Shown: positions 1-10,095, counted from the first letter of the stretch. The stretch: 33,495 bases of DNA from Candidatus Rifleibacteriota bacterium (GCA_051747585.1 JBNJGH010000021.1:9243-42737); one strand, 5' to 3'. The notes: a model not told the origin generated them from the sequence alone. A program made the numbers and translations.

Positions 1-957
1 ATGAAACATTTTCAAAATGCTGCCGGCACTGAATTGTTAATGAACTTTCTCAAGGATACTGACTCAAACATTGTTCTGCATACCATAGAAAAGCTAAAAG
101 AGCGTGACCACCCCAAAATTATATCAGCCCTTACAAAATTATTGACATCAAATGCTGCAGAGATAAAGCAGGCCGCTCACAAAGCTATAGCACATATAAC
201 CCGGCGAAAGTACATGCTTGGTTTCGACAAAATGACGGATGAAACCAAATATAAAATTGGCACCAGTTTAATAAAAATGGATCCCAATTTTATGGAAGAC
301 ATAACCAGAGATCTTTCTGCATCGGATCAGCGAACCAGAGTACTTTCGGCAAAGATTCTCGAGGTTCTATGCGATTTTATACCACCTGAGCTCAAAACAC
401 ATCTTATCGTTGCCATTCAAGATCCAGACCCTCACGTTCGTGCTGTGGTTATAATGGGATTGGGAAAAATTGGCGGCCCCTCTGTTGCCGGAATGCTGGT
501 TGCTTTTCTTAAGGATCAGGATGATAGAGTAAGGGCAAATGCTGTTGAAGCAATGGCGGAAGTCGGTGATATATCTCTGGTTGAAGAAATTTTGCCCTGT
601 TTACACGATGATAATAACAGAGTTAGAGCCAATACGATTATTACCCTGTGGAAACTTGGCTATTACCAGATATATGAAGCAATTATAGAAATGCTGCAAC
701 ATCCTGACAAATGGATGCGTGCTTCTGCTGCTTTTGCCCTGGGAGAGCTCGCAGACACCAGGTTTTTCCCGATTTTACTGCAGGTTATCAGAGATCCGGA
801 GCCTGAAGTAAGAAAAAACGTGGTTAAAGCTCTTTCCAAAATAGCGCCTGCCTATTCGTTAGCCCCCTATATAAGACCCCTGAGATTTGACCCTGATGAA
901 AGGGTTAGAAACGAAGTTATGTCTATTCTCAAACCCAAACAAAATAATAATAAATAA
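1..957 (+). CDS. HEAT/PBS-lyase repeat protein (possibly 5'-truncated by the window edge)
   Basis: Recurrent ~31-aa units: DPDPHVRAVV, DQDDRVRANAVEAM, DDNNRVRANTI, HPDKWMRASAAFALG, DPEPEVRKNVV, DPDERVR. The ORF starts at base 1, so the true start may lie upstream. Confidence 0.85.
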   Translation: MKHFQNAAGTELLMNFLKDTDSNIVLHTIEKLKERDHPKIISALTKLLTSNAAEIKQAAHKAIAHITRRKYMLGFDKMTDETKYKIGTSLIKMDPNFMEDITRDLSASDQRTRVLSAKILEVLCDFIPPELKTHLIVAIQDPDPHVRAVVIMGLGKIGGPSVAGMLVAFLKDQDDRVRANAVEAMAEVGDISLVEEILPCLHDDNNRVRANTIITLWKLGYYQIYEAIIEMLQHPDKWMRASAAFALGELADTRFFPILLQVIRDPEPEVRKNVVKALSKIAPAYSLAPYIRPLRFDPDERVRNEVMSILKPKQNNNK

Positions 958-963
958 AAAATT

Positions 964-3453
964 ATGATCTGGCCATTTAACAATTTAAAAGAACCTGAAA
1001 TCCTCATTAAAGAGCTTGAGAACCCTGACCCTGCAATTAAAGAGCAAGCTTTTAAAGATTTAAAAGACCATCCGGATGATCAAACGGATGAATTAATCTT
1101 AAAAGTGCTGAAATCATACGATGCAACTCGCAAAGACCTTTTATTACCACTCATAGATATAGCCGGAGCAAGACAGATTGACGGCTGCATACAGGTTCTT
1201 GCAAATATTGGAAAAAGCGATGATTTTCAGATTAAAGAAACTGTTATTCAGGCTCTTGCCAGTATTCCAACCCAGGAAAGTCTCGATGCTCTTTTTCTAT
1301 TTCTGCGAGATTCAGACCCTGCCATAAAGCAACTTCTTCACAATATAATAATTAAAGAATACGGCGAAGAATCCTTAGGAGCTTTGCTCAGATCGGTTCC
1401 CGAAGATAAAAATGATCCTTTATATTTTGAAATTGTTTCGATTATGGAGGAGCTTGACTTGTTCACCAAGCTCAAAGAGAACTTCGATCATCCAGATTAT
1501 CGAGTAAAAGACTTTAATTTTGACAGCTTGTGTAAGTTTCACCGCCCTGATTTTATACCGCTTTATCTGGATTTTTATGGTCAGGCAACCAAAGAACGAA
1601 AAGATAAAATAATCAAAATTTTAAGTGATTATTCCCCAGTTGAGCTTATTCCATATTTTAAAAAGGCATTTAACACAAACTTACAAGAATCTATAGTAAA
1701 CCTTGCCGAGCGATTAGTTTTCAACCGTTTCAAGCAAGCAAAAGAAGAAATTCTAAATTTTGCAATTTCTATATCAGATAATCACTATAGAGCCAGAATT
1801 CTAAAGCCTCTTATTCAGCAGCTCGATCCCTATGTATTTTTTACAGCTTTTAAGCTTCTTGACGATTCGGTTGCAGATATAAGAAAACTTGCCCATGAGG
1901 CATTAAAAAGACTTATAAAAAGCACCTACAGACGTCTTTACAGCCAAAATGAACCCAATAAAGCAACACTTTCAAAATTTTACGAACAATGGGAAAAGCA
2001 TATTTCATATCTTTTAAAAGAAAAAGATCTTTCGCCCGAGAAGAGAAAAGATGTTAGAAGACTTTTTTATTGTCTGGCCGAAAACAAACACCATCTTATT
2101 CGCCCGCATTTAAAAGATTTTTTTAACAATAACTTTCATGAAACATATTTCATTATAAAAGACTGGGATTTCGACGAGCAGTTTGAACTTTTTAAGGATC
2201 TTGTCACCAGAGACCCATCTTTTGCCTCGTTGCTTTTAACTGCAGCCCAGGGAAATCTTGATGAGAATATCTGGCGAATTATTCTTAAGCTTATTAATTG
2301 CCTGGATGAAGAAGATAAAGAAGCTTTCAGAAAAAATCTCTTTTCGCGCAATCGCTCGATTTCTCTTGACCAGTTTATTAAAGATGATGACCCTTCTGTC
2401 AGAGTTGCAGCCCTTGATTTTGCCACCGAACTTAAAATTAACGGTCTGGTTGACCTTCTTAAAAAGGCAACCAACGATCCGGATTGCAAAGTTCGTCGTA
2501 AAGCGCTTGAATGTCTTGGCAAACAGAATTATCCGCAAATTCGCGAATACCTTGCAGAGGCTTTAAGTGATCCTGAAGAAGAAGTCGCTTTCTATGCCCT
2601 GCAAGAGCTGAAAAAGATGCTAAGTCCAGGAAAATTAGCACCTTATCTTGCAAGATTTATCAACAGCAATTCTAAAAAGATAAGAGAATTTGCCCTGAAA
2701 GAAATTGCCGAAATCAGTAAAAAGCGTTACAAGGCAAATTTCAATAATCTCAAGCCGGAAGTACGAAAGCTTGCCGCAAAAGTAATACAAAAAATAGACA
2801 ACAGTTTTTCGGATCAGATTATTCATGATCTTTCTTCACTTGACCCACAAGTAAGATTACAATCAGCCCGCCTGTTGGAAAACATTCAGATAGATGAAAG
2901 TGGTAAAGACGCACTGCTTGCCGCGATGAAGGATCCTTCTAAACTAGTAAGAGCTGCTGTTGTTAAAACTCTGGGTGTCCTTGGAGACAGCAATCTAATT
3001 AAGCAGCTTGTCAGTTTTTTCAATGATCCCGATCTACGAGTAAGGGCTAACACCATTGAAGCAATTGCCTCTTTAGGTGACCGGCAAGCAATTCAAATTC
3101 TCTTGCCTTTCCTTGAAGATTCCAACAACCGAATCAGAGCAAATGCAGTAGTAGGGATCAAGAAAATCGGCAATATTAATATTTTTCCCGTTTTACAGAA
3201 AATGCTCCGCGATAAAAACCTCAACATGCAGGCCAGTGCTCTGTGGGCCATCGGTGAAGTAGGCGACGAAAATTACCTCAATTTTTTGTTCCCTTATTTA
3301 AACAATCGCAATGAAATGCTAAGATTTAATGCGGTAAGATCGATCAGCCGAATAAAGCCTGAATTGCTGCGTCCTTATATGGCAAATCTGCGCAAAGACC
3401 CTTCAAAAAAAATTAGAAAAATAATCGCAAACCTGAGTTATAAGGTTCTTTAA
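964..3453 (+). CDS. Large HEAT repeat protein (829 aa)
   Basis: Repeated DPxVRxxA units (DDDPSVRVAA, DPDCKVRRKA, DPSKLVRAAV, DPDLRVRANTIEA, DSNNRIRANAV); starts 6 bp after the preceding HEAT gene. Confidence 0.88.
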   Translation: MIWPFNNLKEPEILIKELENPDPAIKEQAFKDLKDHPDDQTDELILKVLKSYDATRKDLLLPLIDIAGARQIDGCIQVLANIGKSDDFQIKETVIQALASIPTQESLDALFLFLRDSDPAIKQLLHNIIIKEYGEESLGALLRSVPEDKNDPLYFEIVSIMEELDLFTKLKENFDHPDYRVKDFNFDSLCKFHRPDFIPLYLDFYGQATKERKDKIIKILSDYSPVELIPYFKKAFNTNLQESIVNLAERLVFNRFKQAKEEILNFAISISDNHYRARILKPLIQQLDPYVFFTAFKLLDDSVADIRKLAHEALKRLIKSTYRRLYSQNEPNKATLSKFYEQWEKHISYLLKEKDLSPEKRKDVRRLFYCLAENKHHLIRPHLKDFFNNNFHETYFIIKDWDFDEQFELFKDLVTRDPSFASLLLTAAQGNLDENIWRIILKLINCLDEEDKEAFRKNLFSRNRSISLDQFIKDDDPSVRVAALDFATELKINGLVDLLKKATNDPDCKVRRKALECLGKQNYPQIREYLAEALSDPEEEVAFYALQELKKMLSPGKLAPYLARFINSNSKKIREFALKEIAEISKKRYKANFNNLKPEVRKLAAKVIQKIDNSFSDQIIHDLSSLDPQVRLQSARLLENIQIDESGKDALLAAMKDPSKLVRAAVVKTLGVLGDSNLIKQLVSFFNDPDLRVRANTIEAIASLGDRQAIQILLPFLEDSNNRIRANAVVGIKKIGNINIFPVLQKMLRDKNLNMQASALWAIGEVGDENYLNFLFPYLNNRNEMLRFNAVRSISRIKPELLRPYMANLRKDPSKKIRKIIANLSYKVL

Positions 3454-3454
3454 T

Positions 3455-3976
3455 ATGCCTACAGAGAGAAAAGGGCAAGAAACGCTCTATGAAGTTGGCT
3501 CTTACTTTGATAAAAAAGACGTAAAGCCTCCAACAGATGACCCTGAAAAAATAACTCTGCAGAATGCGCCTGAAACCATAAAAGCAGTAGACCGTTATTT
3601 CAGTCAGGGTGAAGCTTACGAACTCGAAATATTTTTTCTTCTCTTATTTCCAGCTATTGTAATTTTGATATTCTTGTATTTTAGCCGTAAAAGCTCAAGC
3701 AAAGAAATTGATTTGGATAAAATACCAGAAAAAGATATGGATTTTATTGAAATGGTACGTCTGCAAAAGGGCCTGGAAGAATTTGATCGAGACTTTTTAC
3801 TGCAACTGTCATTTGAAAACTCAGTTAAGCCCATTTACCAACTGTTGATCGACAAAAATATTTTTGAACAGGTCGAAAAAACCTTGATCAGCCGGCAAAA
3901 AGAAAAAGAAGGCAATACGAGCCGAAATAAACGGTTAAATTATCTTCGCAGCTTAAAGTTGAAACTCTTCGGTTAG
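3455..3976 (+). CDS. Hypothetical single-pass membrane protein
   Basis: Starts 1 bp after the HEAT gene stop; one hydrophobic segment (IFFLLLFPAIVILIFLYF) followed by basic residues; its stop overlaps the dtd stop. Confidence 0.7.
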   Translation: MPTERKGQETLYEVGSYFDKKDVKPPTDDPEKITLQNAPETIKAVDRYFSQGEAYELEIFFLLLFPAIVILIFLYFSRKSSSKEIDLDKIPEKDMDFIEMVRLQKGLEEFDRDFLLQLSFENSVKPIYQLLIDKNIFEQVEKTLISRQKEKEGNTSRNKRLNYLRSLKLKLFG

Positions 3977-4428
3977 TTTTTAGCTTCTTCTGTGTCAATC
4001 ATTATTGTTACAGGTCCCTGGTTTGTCTGTTCAATCGTCATATCTGCGGCAAAAACACCCTTGGCAACTTTATAAATACCGTGTTTTTTTAACTCGTCAC
4101 AAAATTGCTCATACATTTCATTGGCAGTTTGGGGCTCTTTTGCTTTAGTAAAACTTGGTCGGGAACCCTTTCTTACACTGCCATAAAGAGTAAACTGAGA
4201 AACAACTAAAATTTCTCCTTTTGCCTGAATGGCAGAAAGGTTCATTTTACCCTCGTCATCTTCAAAAATTCTAAGTCCGGCAACCTTTCGGGCAAGCCAG
4301 ACTGTATCTTTTTCCTGGTCAGTTTCTCCAACCCCAAGGTAACAAACAAGTCCAGGACCTATTTTGGAAACAGGTTTGTCGCCAACCGTAAGGCTGGCTT
4401 TCAAAACTCGTTGAACTAATGCTTTCAT
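3973..4428 (-). CDS. dtd: D-aminoacyl-tRNA deacylase
   Basis: MKALVQRV start, LRIFEDDEGKMNLS, VSQFTL, and the NQGPVT Gly-Pro motif; AAGGAAG RBS. Confidence 0.96.
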   Translation of the reverse strand: MKALVQRVLKASLTVGDKPVSKIGPGLVCYLGVGETDQEKDTVWLARKVAGLRIFEDDEGKMNLSAIQAKGEILVVSQFTLYGSVRKGSRPSFTKAKEPQTANEMYEQFCDELKKHGIYKVAKGVFAADMTIEQTNQGPVTIMIDTEEAKN

Positions 4429-4460
4429 AATTCTTCCTTACTAACTGAAAAAAATTACAT

Positions 4461-4492
4461 AAAAAAACTGCCCGAAAAAAATCGGGCAGTTT
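4461..4492 (-). terminator. Rho-independent terminator after secF
   Basis: 11-bp stem AAACTGCCCGA / TCGGGCAGTTT; T-tract on the minus strand, 11 bp past the secF stop. Confidence 0.8.
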
Positions 4493-4503
4493 CAGAATTT
4501 TAA

Positions 4504-5418
4504 CTATTTTTTACCTGGTTTTTCTCCGGTCATTTCGAGCAGCACAGGTGTAGAAACAAAGATAGATGAATAGGTACCAATAATTACACCAAATGTAAGT
4601 GCTACAGAGAAGCCCCAGATTGACATTCCACCAAGCCAGAGCAGAGAAAGTAAAGCGAGCAGAGTTGTGATAGAAGTATTAAGAGTTCTACCTATGGTCT
4701 GGTTAATCGACTCATCAATAAGCTCTGAAAATTTACCGCCTTTGGAAAATTTCCTGTTTTCTCTAATCCGGTCAAGAATAACAATCGAGTCATTCACCGA
4801 ATAACCCAGAATGGTCAGAATTGCCGCCAGAACAGTTATATCAAATTCAATACCGATAAGTGCCAGAAATCCAAGTGCAATAATAAGATCATGCACAATC
4901 GCAGCAATAGCACCCACGGCTGACTGCAGTTCAAATCGATAGGCAAGATAAAGCAATATGCCGACAACCGAAAGCAAAGCCGCCTGGATCCCCTGCTTTT
5001 TCATTTCTTCACCTACGGTTGGTCCAACATTTGAAACTTCAAGAGCTTCTTCTGAATATGGATGAGCAGCCTTTAAATCTGCTAGAATCAGATCGTGAAT
5101 TTCTGCATTAGCCTGGCTGTCAACCGGAGGAGCCGGGTATTGAATGATAAACTCTTTATCCCTACCAGATGCTACAGACTGCACAATCAGCTGGTCAGCG
5201 GTAAAATAAAGGTTGCGAGTTTTTTGAATATTCTGAAAAAATTCACGAATTTTACCTTCAGTCATTTCATCGTTAAAGCGCACATGAATGATGCTTCCGC
5301 CTTTGAAATCAATGCCATAATTTAGACCTTTAACTGCAAGAAGCAAAAACGAAATCACTATAAGTGCGATTGAGATTCCAAAAAATGTATATCTATATTT
5401 CATGAACTGAAAATTCAT
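4504..5418 (-). CDS. secF: Protein translocase subunit SecF
   Basis: GIDFKGG, VGPTVG, AIVHD, GYSVNDSIVILDRIREN, GTYSSIF motifs. Confidence 0.97.
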   Translation of the reverse strand: MNFQFMKYRYTFFGISIALIVISFLLLAVKGLNYGIDFKGGSIIHVRFNDEMTEGKIREFFQNIQKTRNLYFTADQLIVQSVASGRDKEFIIQYPAPPVDSQANAEIHDLILADLKAAHPYSEEALEVSNVGPTVGEEMKKQGIQAALLSVVGILLYLAYRFELQSAVGAIAAIVHDLIIALGFLALIGIEFDITVLAAILTILGYSVNDSIVILDRIRENRKFSKGGKFSELIDESINQTIGRTLNTSITTLLALLSLLWLGGMSIWGFSVALTFGVIIGTYSSIFVSTPVLLEMTGEKPGKK

Positions 5419-5439
5419 ATTATTTACCTTCCCTGCTCC

Positions 5440-7143
5440 TTAAATACTGAGTGTTTTAGCTTTGTTGCCGCCATACATAAGGTCGAGTGCCAGTTTAACA
5501 CAAACAATGGCAGTGAAAATGTTGGCAAGAAGTCCAATGCCCAGAGTAGTTGCAAAACCTCTGATTGGACCGGAACCAAATGCATATAATATAGCTACTG
5601 TTAAAAGAGTTGTAACATTCGAGTCGATAATACACGCAAGTGCTCGATCGAACCCTGAATTTATCGATGCTCGAACGGTCTTACCTGAACGAAACTCTTC
5701 TTTTATACGCTCGAAAATAATTACATTTGCATCGACAGAGATACCAATAGTAAGAATTAAACCGGCAATCCCAGGCAATGTAAGAGTGCCACCGAAGAAC
5801 ACCAATACCGAGAAAATAATTAGAGTATTAAATATAACAGCCAGGTCGGCAATAATTCCGCTTAGTTTGTAAAAGAAGGCCATAAAAATTAAAACAAGGA
5901 TGGCTCCAACAACACCTGCACTCCATCCGGCCTGAATTGATTCCTGACCCAAAGTCGGACCAACTACTCTGCTTTCAAGAGCGATTAAACTTGCAGGAAG
6001 TGCCCCGGCTCTTAAAACAATCGCCAGATTCTTGGCTTCCTCAAGAGTGAATTTTCCAGTAATTGTTGCCATTCCACCAGTAATTCTGGTCTGAATTACG
6101 GGAGCACTATGAACTTTATCATCAAGAACGATAGCAAGTTGCTCACCCATATGAGAACCGGTCAATTGTGCAAACTTGGCAGCTCCTTCAGCATTGAATT
6201 CAAGATGAACTATCGGAGCGCTCATATCATCAAAAGAAACTTTTGCATATTTAAGATCACGACCGGTAACCTGAGCTTGCTTCTGAAGTTTGAACCAGGT
6301 TGCCTGCTGTTTTGGCGAACCGGGCATCATAAGAACGATTTCACTTTCGGGATCGATTGGCTCAAGCTGGGCAGCAGACATAGCCTGATCTATTACCAGA
6401 TGAAAGCGCAACATCGCAGTGCTTTGAATTAGTTTTTTAACCTGGTCAGGATTTTTAACGCCCGGCAACTGAATTCTGATTCTATTGCCTTCCTGAGCCT
6501 TAATACTTGGCTCGGCGATACCGAACATATCGATTCTGTTTCTAATAATTTCTACAGATCTTTTAACTGCGTCAGCTATGCTGTCGTCTTTCTGAATTGA
6601 ATTAACGTCAATTTGATAGACAAGGTCTATTCCACCTTTAAGGTCAAGACCCAGAGTGATTTCTGATCTTGGAAAGATTGCAGCAAGGGCGAGAGGCATT
6701 CGGGCATAAAGACTTACCTCATTAACTGTCTTTTCCAGTTCTTCAGGAGTTAATCCCGGAACTCTTATACTGGCATTACCCTTCTCATAATCAGGGTTGA
6801 TAACCATAGCTTCAAGCCCGCGTTGAACCAGCAGCTTTCTTGCAGTATCTGCAACGCTATTTAATACGTCTTCAGGTTTTACAGGATTTTTGCCCGAAGT
6901 TAAGACCGGAGCCATTTTATCCACCTGAAGCTTAACTAAAGCAGCTTTTCCATCTTCAGAGGATGCTTCGCCAAATTGTGCAGCAGAAAACTCAAGAAGT
7001 TTTTTGGGCACAGCCTTCTGTTCATCAGGTGTCAAAACACCAAAAGCGTCATCCCACATAGTAGTAGATGGAAGCGAATAAAGAACGGTGAAAAGAAATA
7101 CTACCAATACTACAATGATTTTAACATTATGTTTACTCTTCAT
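5440..7143 (-). CDS. secD: Protein translocase subunit SecD
   Basis: LGLDLKGG, IRNRID, AIVLD, LRAGALPA, VGPTLG, VDANVIIFERIKEE, DSNVTT motifs. Confidence 0.97.
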   Translation of the reverse strand: MKSKHNVKIIVVLVVFLFTVLYSLPSTTMWDDAFGVLTPDEQKAVPKKLLEFSAAQFGEASSEDGKAALVKLQVDKMAPVLTSGKNPVKPEDVLNSVADTARKLLVQRGLEAMVINPDYEKGNASIRVPGLTPEELEKTVNEVSLYARMPLALAAIFPRSEITLGLDLKGGIDLVYQIDVNSIQKDDSIADAVKRSVEIIRNRIDMFGIAEPSIKAQEGNRIRIQLPGVKNPDQVKKLIQSTAMLRFHLVIDQAMSAAQLEPIDPESEIVLMMPGSPKQQATWFKLQKQAQVTGRDLKYAKVSFDDMSAPIVHLEFNAEGAAKFAQLTGSHMGEQLAIVLDDKVHSAPVIQTRITGGMATITGKFTLEEAKNLAIVLRAGALPASLIALESRVVGPTLGQESIQAGWSAGVVGAILVLIFMAFFYKLSGIIADLAVIFNTLIIFSVLVFFGGTLTLPGIAGLILTIGISVDANVIIFERIKEEFRSGKTVRASINSGFDRALACIIDSNVTTLLTVAILYAFGSGPIRGFATTLGIGLLANIFTAIVCVKLALDLMYGGNKAKTLSI

Positions 7144-7185
7144 TTACAGAAACTCCCTTGCTGAGGTCGACCAAAGTAGACACGT

Positions 7186-7214
7186 ATTATATTCAAGCAT
7201 TCATGCCAAGTCAA
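7186..7214 (-). promoter_or_regulatory. Sigma-70 promoter for secDF
   Basis: Minus strand reads TTGACT-N17-TATAAT, about 40 bp upstream of the secD ATG. Confidence 0.8.
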
Positions 7215-7370
7215 TGAATATTTGATAATTCCTATGTACATAATCAATCGGTATTTTTGTAAAGGGCTTTAATCCCAGTTTTTTGGCAATTAATTTATTT
7301 ATTTTTTTGTTTACTAATTGCCTAAAAAAGGTTTATTCTATTGCAAACCTTCTAATAAATCCAGATATTT

Positions 7371-9995
7371 ATGCAAAAACTTTTCAAATTAAACAAAATT
7401 TTTCTGTCAGTATTATGCTTATTTTTACTGACAGCTGTTCAATCAGATGCGCTAACGCCTGAAGAAAAGGCGGCACCATTAATTAAAAAGGCAAGAGATC
7501 ACCTGAATCTTTTTCAATATGAAAAAGCAAGGGTTCTGCTTGAAAAGGCCATAAAAATTGATTCGGACAACTGGGAATCCTACTATCTCGCAGGAAAATC
7601 ATACTTAAAACAGAAAAAGGAGATTTATGCAGAAAAGTATCTGCGTAAAGCTCATGAACTTGAGCCTGACACGGTGGATGTTCAAAAAGCTCTCGCCGCC
7701 GTTTACATATACCTTGCCAAACAAGCTCAAAAACAAGGAAAGAACTCAGAAATGCTTGGCTTTCTCCACAAGGCTTGCCGAGCTTATCCTGTGGTGACAA
7801 AGATCTGGGTGACTCTTTTTAATAAATGGTACAGCGCTGGGCAGACCAAAAAAATCATGGATGAAGGTGAATTTATGGTTGGTGCCAACAAGCGACTGCT
7901 AGAGCAAGGCGACGACAAGTATTTGCAACAGGCTCTGGTGATTGTGGCACGTTGCTATTACAACAAACGTGATTTTCCTGAGGCCGAAAAATATTTGGAT
8001 TATGCTAACAGAATCAGACGAAGCAATGAAGAGCTTTATAGCCTGAGAAGAAGCATCAGGCAGCAGGCAGAAGATGAAGCCCGTAAGCTTATAGAGAATG
8101 CAAAGCAGCTTGCAGACAGCGGAAATTACAATGAAGCTCTTGAAATTCTGGAACAAGCTCAAAAAACGACAGATACATCAGAAATTAAAGAAATAGCGGA
8201 TAAGATTCATAAGGAATCTGAAATTAAAAAATTTTTAAAAGAAGCAGACACACTTCGTAAAGAAGAGAAATATTACGAAGCTCTTGAAAAACTTGAAGAC
8301 GCTTCAATCAAGTATCCTGCCGATGAGCGTATTGCGAATTTAATGGCCGTTGTAACCAGCAAAATAAATGAAATTGAAAAAGCAAAAGCTCAAAAGAATG
8401 CTAAAATTATCGCCGAAAAAAAGAGACGCCTTGAAAAATCACAAAAACTCAGGTTTTTCGTTAATGAGGCTAAAAACTACGAAGAAGACAAAAAGTATGA
8501 TGTCGCTATTATAAGTCTGGAAAAAGCATTAAAATTGTCTCCAAAAAATGAACTACTGAAAAAACAAATTGAAGAATTAAAAGAAAAATCTCGCAAACAA
8601 AAAGAAAGACAGAATGCCTTTGCTACGGCAAGAAGTAAGTTTGAAGATCTATTCAATTCAAAAAAGTTTGAAGAGGCTTACCATAAGGGCAAACAACTAC
8701 TCGAAAATTATCCTGAGTACGAGCTGGAAATAACTCCTGTATTAGCAGAAGCCGCTTTACAAATTGAAAATTTTGACCAGGCAAAAGAACTGGCTATAAC
8801 TTTTGAAGATTCCCAAGAAAATGAGCTAATTTACAATTACATCAGAGGAATGGTTGCATACAACCATGGCGATAAAGATCTTGCCCTTGGATTTCTCAAA
8901 AAGGTCGATAAAATAGATCCATCTTTTAGAGAAGAAATCAGTTCTACTATCTGGCAGATTTATCTTTATAAATACCAGGCCGGTATTTACATCATTTTAT
9001 TGATTCTGGCTTTTCCAATAGTAAGATTTGCTAAAAGCAGCTGGCAGAATTTCAAGAAAAATTCAATTCTAAGAAAAGTCGAAAGAATCAGGGAAAAAGG
9101 TAATTACGCAGAAAACTTGAGTTTTCTTGAAGAACGCTATGCCAAAGAAGACTGCCCCAACATGAAACAGATTTCGGTTATGCTTGCCGATGCGCTGCTG
9201 CGCAAGGGAGAAGCCAAACGTGCATACGATATTGTCAACAAAGTTATAAAAAGAGACAGCAAAAACCCCCATGCAAAACGTATTGCCGGCGAAGCCTGTC
9301 TTCAGCTACAAGACACCTCACCAATAGGGCTGGAACATCTACAGAACCTTTACAAACTGGATGAAAACAGGAAAGATGTGGTTGAGTTTCTTGCAAAAAG
9401 CTATATGAAAAATAAATCTGATCATAAGCTGGCTCAAGATTTTATTTTAAAGTTTATTTCTCTCAATCCAAATAATTCAGAAGCAATAACTTATCTTGCA
9501 GACACCTATATTCGCCGCCAGCTTTATTCGCACCAGTCTTTAAAAATATTCGAACGTTCAATAAAAATTGCACCTGATATCCCTGACTACTATGCAGCAC
9601 TGATTGCAAATCATAGAAAACTTGAAAATCACGATGAGGCAAGAAAATTTACAGAAATTGCCCAGTCAAGATTTCCAAATGACCCACAATTTCAGGATAA
9701 TCCCGAACCGACAAGTCCGGCTTCCGGTTCTTCAGGTGGCTTTCCCAATTACGATAATATTGGCCAACCTGCTGCCGGCAATCAAGGCGCCTTTCCTGAC
9801 TATGAAAACATTGGCTCTCCGGCAGGAAATCCCGGGGGCTTTCCCGACTATGAAAACATAGGCAACGAACCAAATCCCCCTTCTCCGCCTGCTGCACCAC
9901 CGCGGCCCAATGATCCGGTTAAAGTCTGCCCACATTGCCAGGCCCAAAATTCAGTCAAAGAATATTACTGTCTCTCCTGCGGCAAACCCCTTTGA
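7371..9995 (+). CDS. Membrane-anchored TPR protein with C-terminal Tyr/Pro-rich repeats and zinc ribbon
   Basis: N-terminal signal peptide; TPR-like units (LEKAIKIDSDNWESYYLAG, LEKALKLSPKN); internal TM helix GIYIILLILAFPIV; C-terminal CPHC...CLSCGKPL. Confidence 0.82.
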   Translation: MQKLFKLNKIFLSVLCLFLLTAVQSDALTPEEKAAPLIKKARDHLNLFQYEKARVLLEKAIKIDSDNWESYYLAGKSYLKQKKEIYAEKYLRKAHELEPDTVDVQKALAAVYIYLAKQAQKQGKNSEMLGFLHKACRAYPVVTKIWVTLFNKWYSAGQTKKIMDEGEFMVGANKRLLEQGDDKYLQQALVIVARCYYNKRDFPEAEKYLDYANRIRRSNEELYSLRRSIRQQAEDEARKLIENAKQLADSGNYNEALEILEQAQKTTDTSEIKEIADKIHKESEIKKFLKEADTLRKEEKYYEALEKLEDASIKYPADERIANLMAVVTSKINEIEKAKAQKNAKIIAEKKRRLEKSQKLRFFVNEAKNYEEDKKYDVAIISLEKALKLSPKNELLKKQIEELKEKSRKQKERQNAFATARSKFEDLFNSKKFEEAYHKGKQLLENYPEYELEITPVLAEAALQIENFDQAKELAITFEDSQENELIYNYIRGMVAYNHGDKDLALGFLKKVDKIDPSFREEISSTIWQIYLYKYQAGIYIILLILAFPIVRFAKSSWQNFKKNSILRKVERIREKGNYAENLSFLEERYAKEDCPNMKQISVMLADALLRKGEAKRAYDIVNKVIKRDSKNPHAKRIAGEACLQLQDTSPIGLEHLQNLYKLDENRKDVVEFLAKSYMKNKSDHKLAQDFILKFISLNPNNSEAITYLADTYIRRQLYSHQSLKIFERSIKIAPDIPDYYAALIANHRKLENHDEARKFTEIAQSRFPNDPQFQDNPEPTSPASGSSGGFPNYDNIGQPAAGNQGAFPDYENIGSPAGNPGGFPDYENIGNEPNPPSPPAAPPRPNDPVKVCPHCQAQNSVKEYYCLSCGKPL
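9735..9863 (+). repeat. Three intragenic 30-nt repeats encoding G(G/A)FP(N/D)Y(D/E)NIG
   Basis: Copies at 9735-9764, 9786-9815 and 9834-9863, in frame, spaced 51 and 48 nt; peptide conserved while wobble positions vary. Confidence 0.9.
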
Positions 9996-10095
9996 ACAAA
10001 ACTATCTGCACTAGTGTCCTTTTAGCTATATCAGGAAGTTTCAAGACTTTTTTGTTTTTTTGTTAATTACTTTAAACCTATCTGATACTTTCACG

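Noticed and set aside
7192..7209. TTGGCATGAATGCTTGA (minus strand) as a sigma-54 promoter
   Set aside because: It does not fit GG-N10-GC spacing; it is the spacer of a good sigma-70 promoter.
9735..9863. Regularly spaced 30-nt direct repeats as a possible CRISPR array
   Set aside because: They are in frame inside a CDS, vary at wobble positions, have only 18-21 nt between copies, and no cas genes are present.
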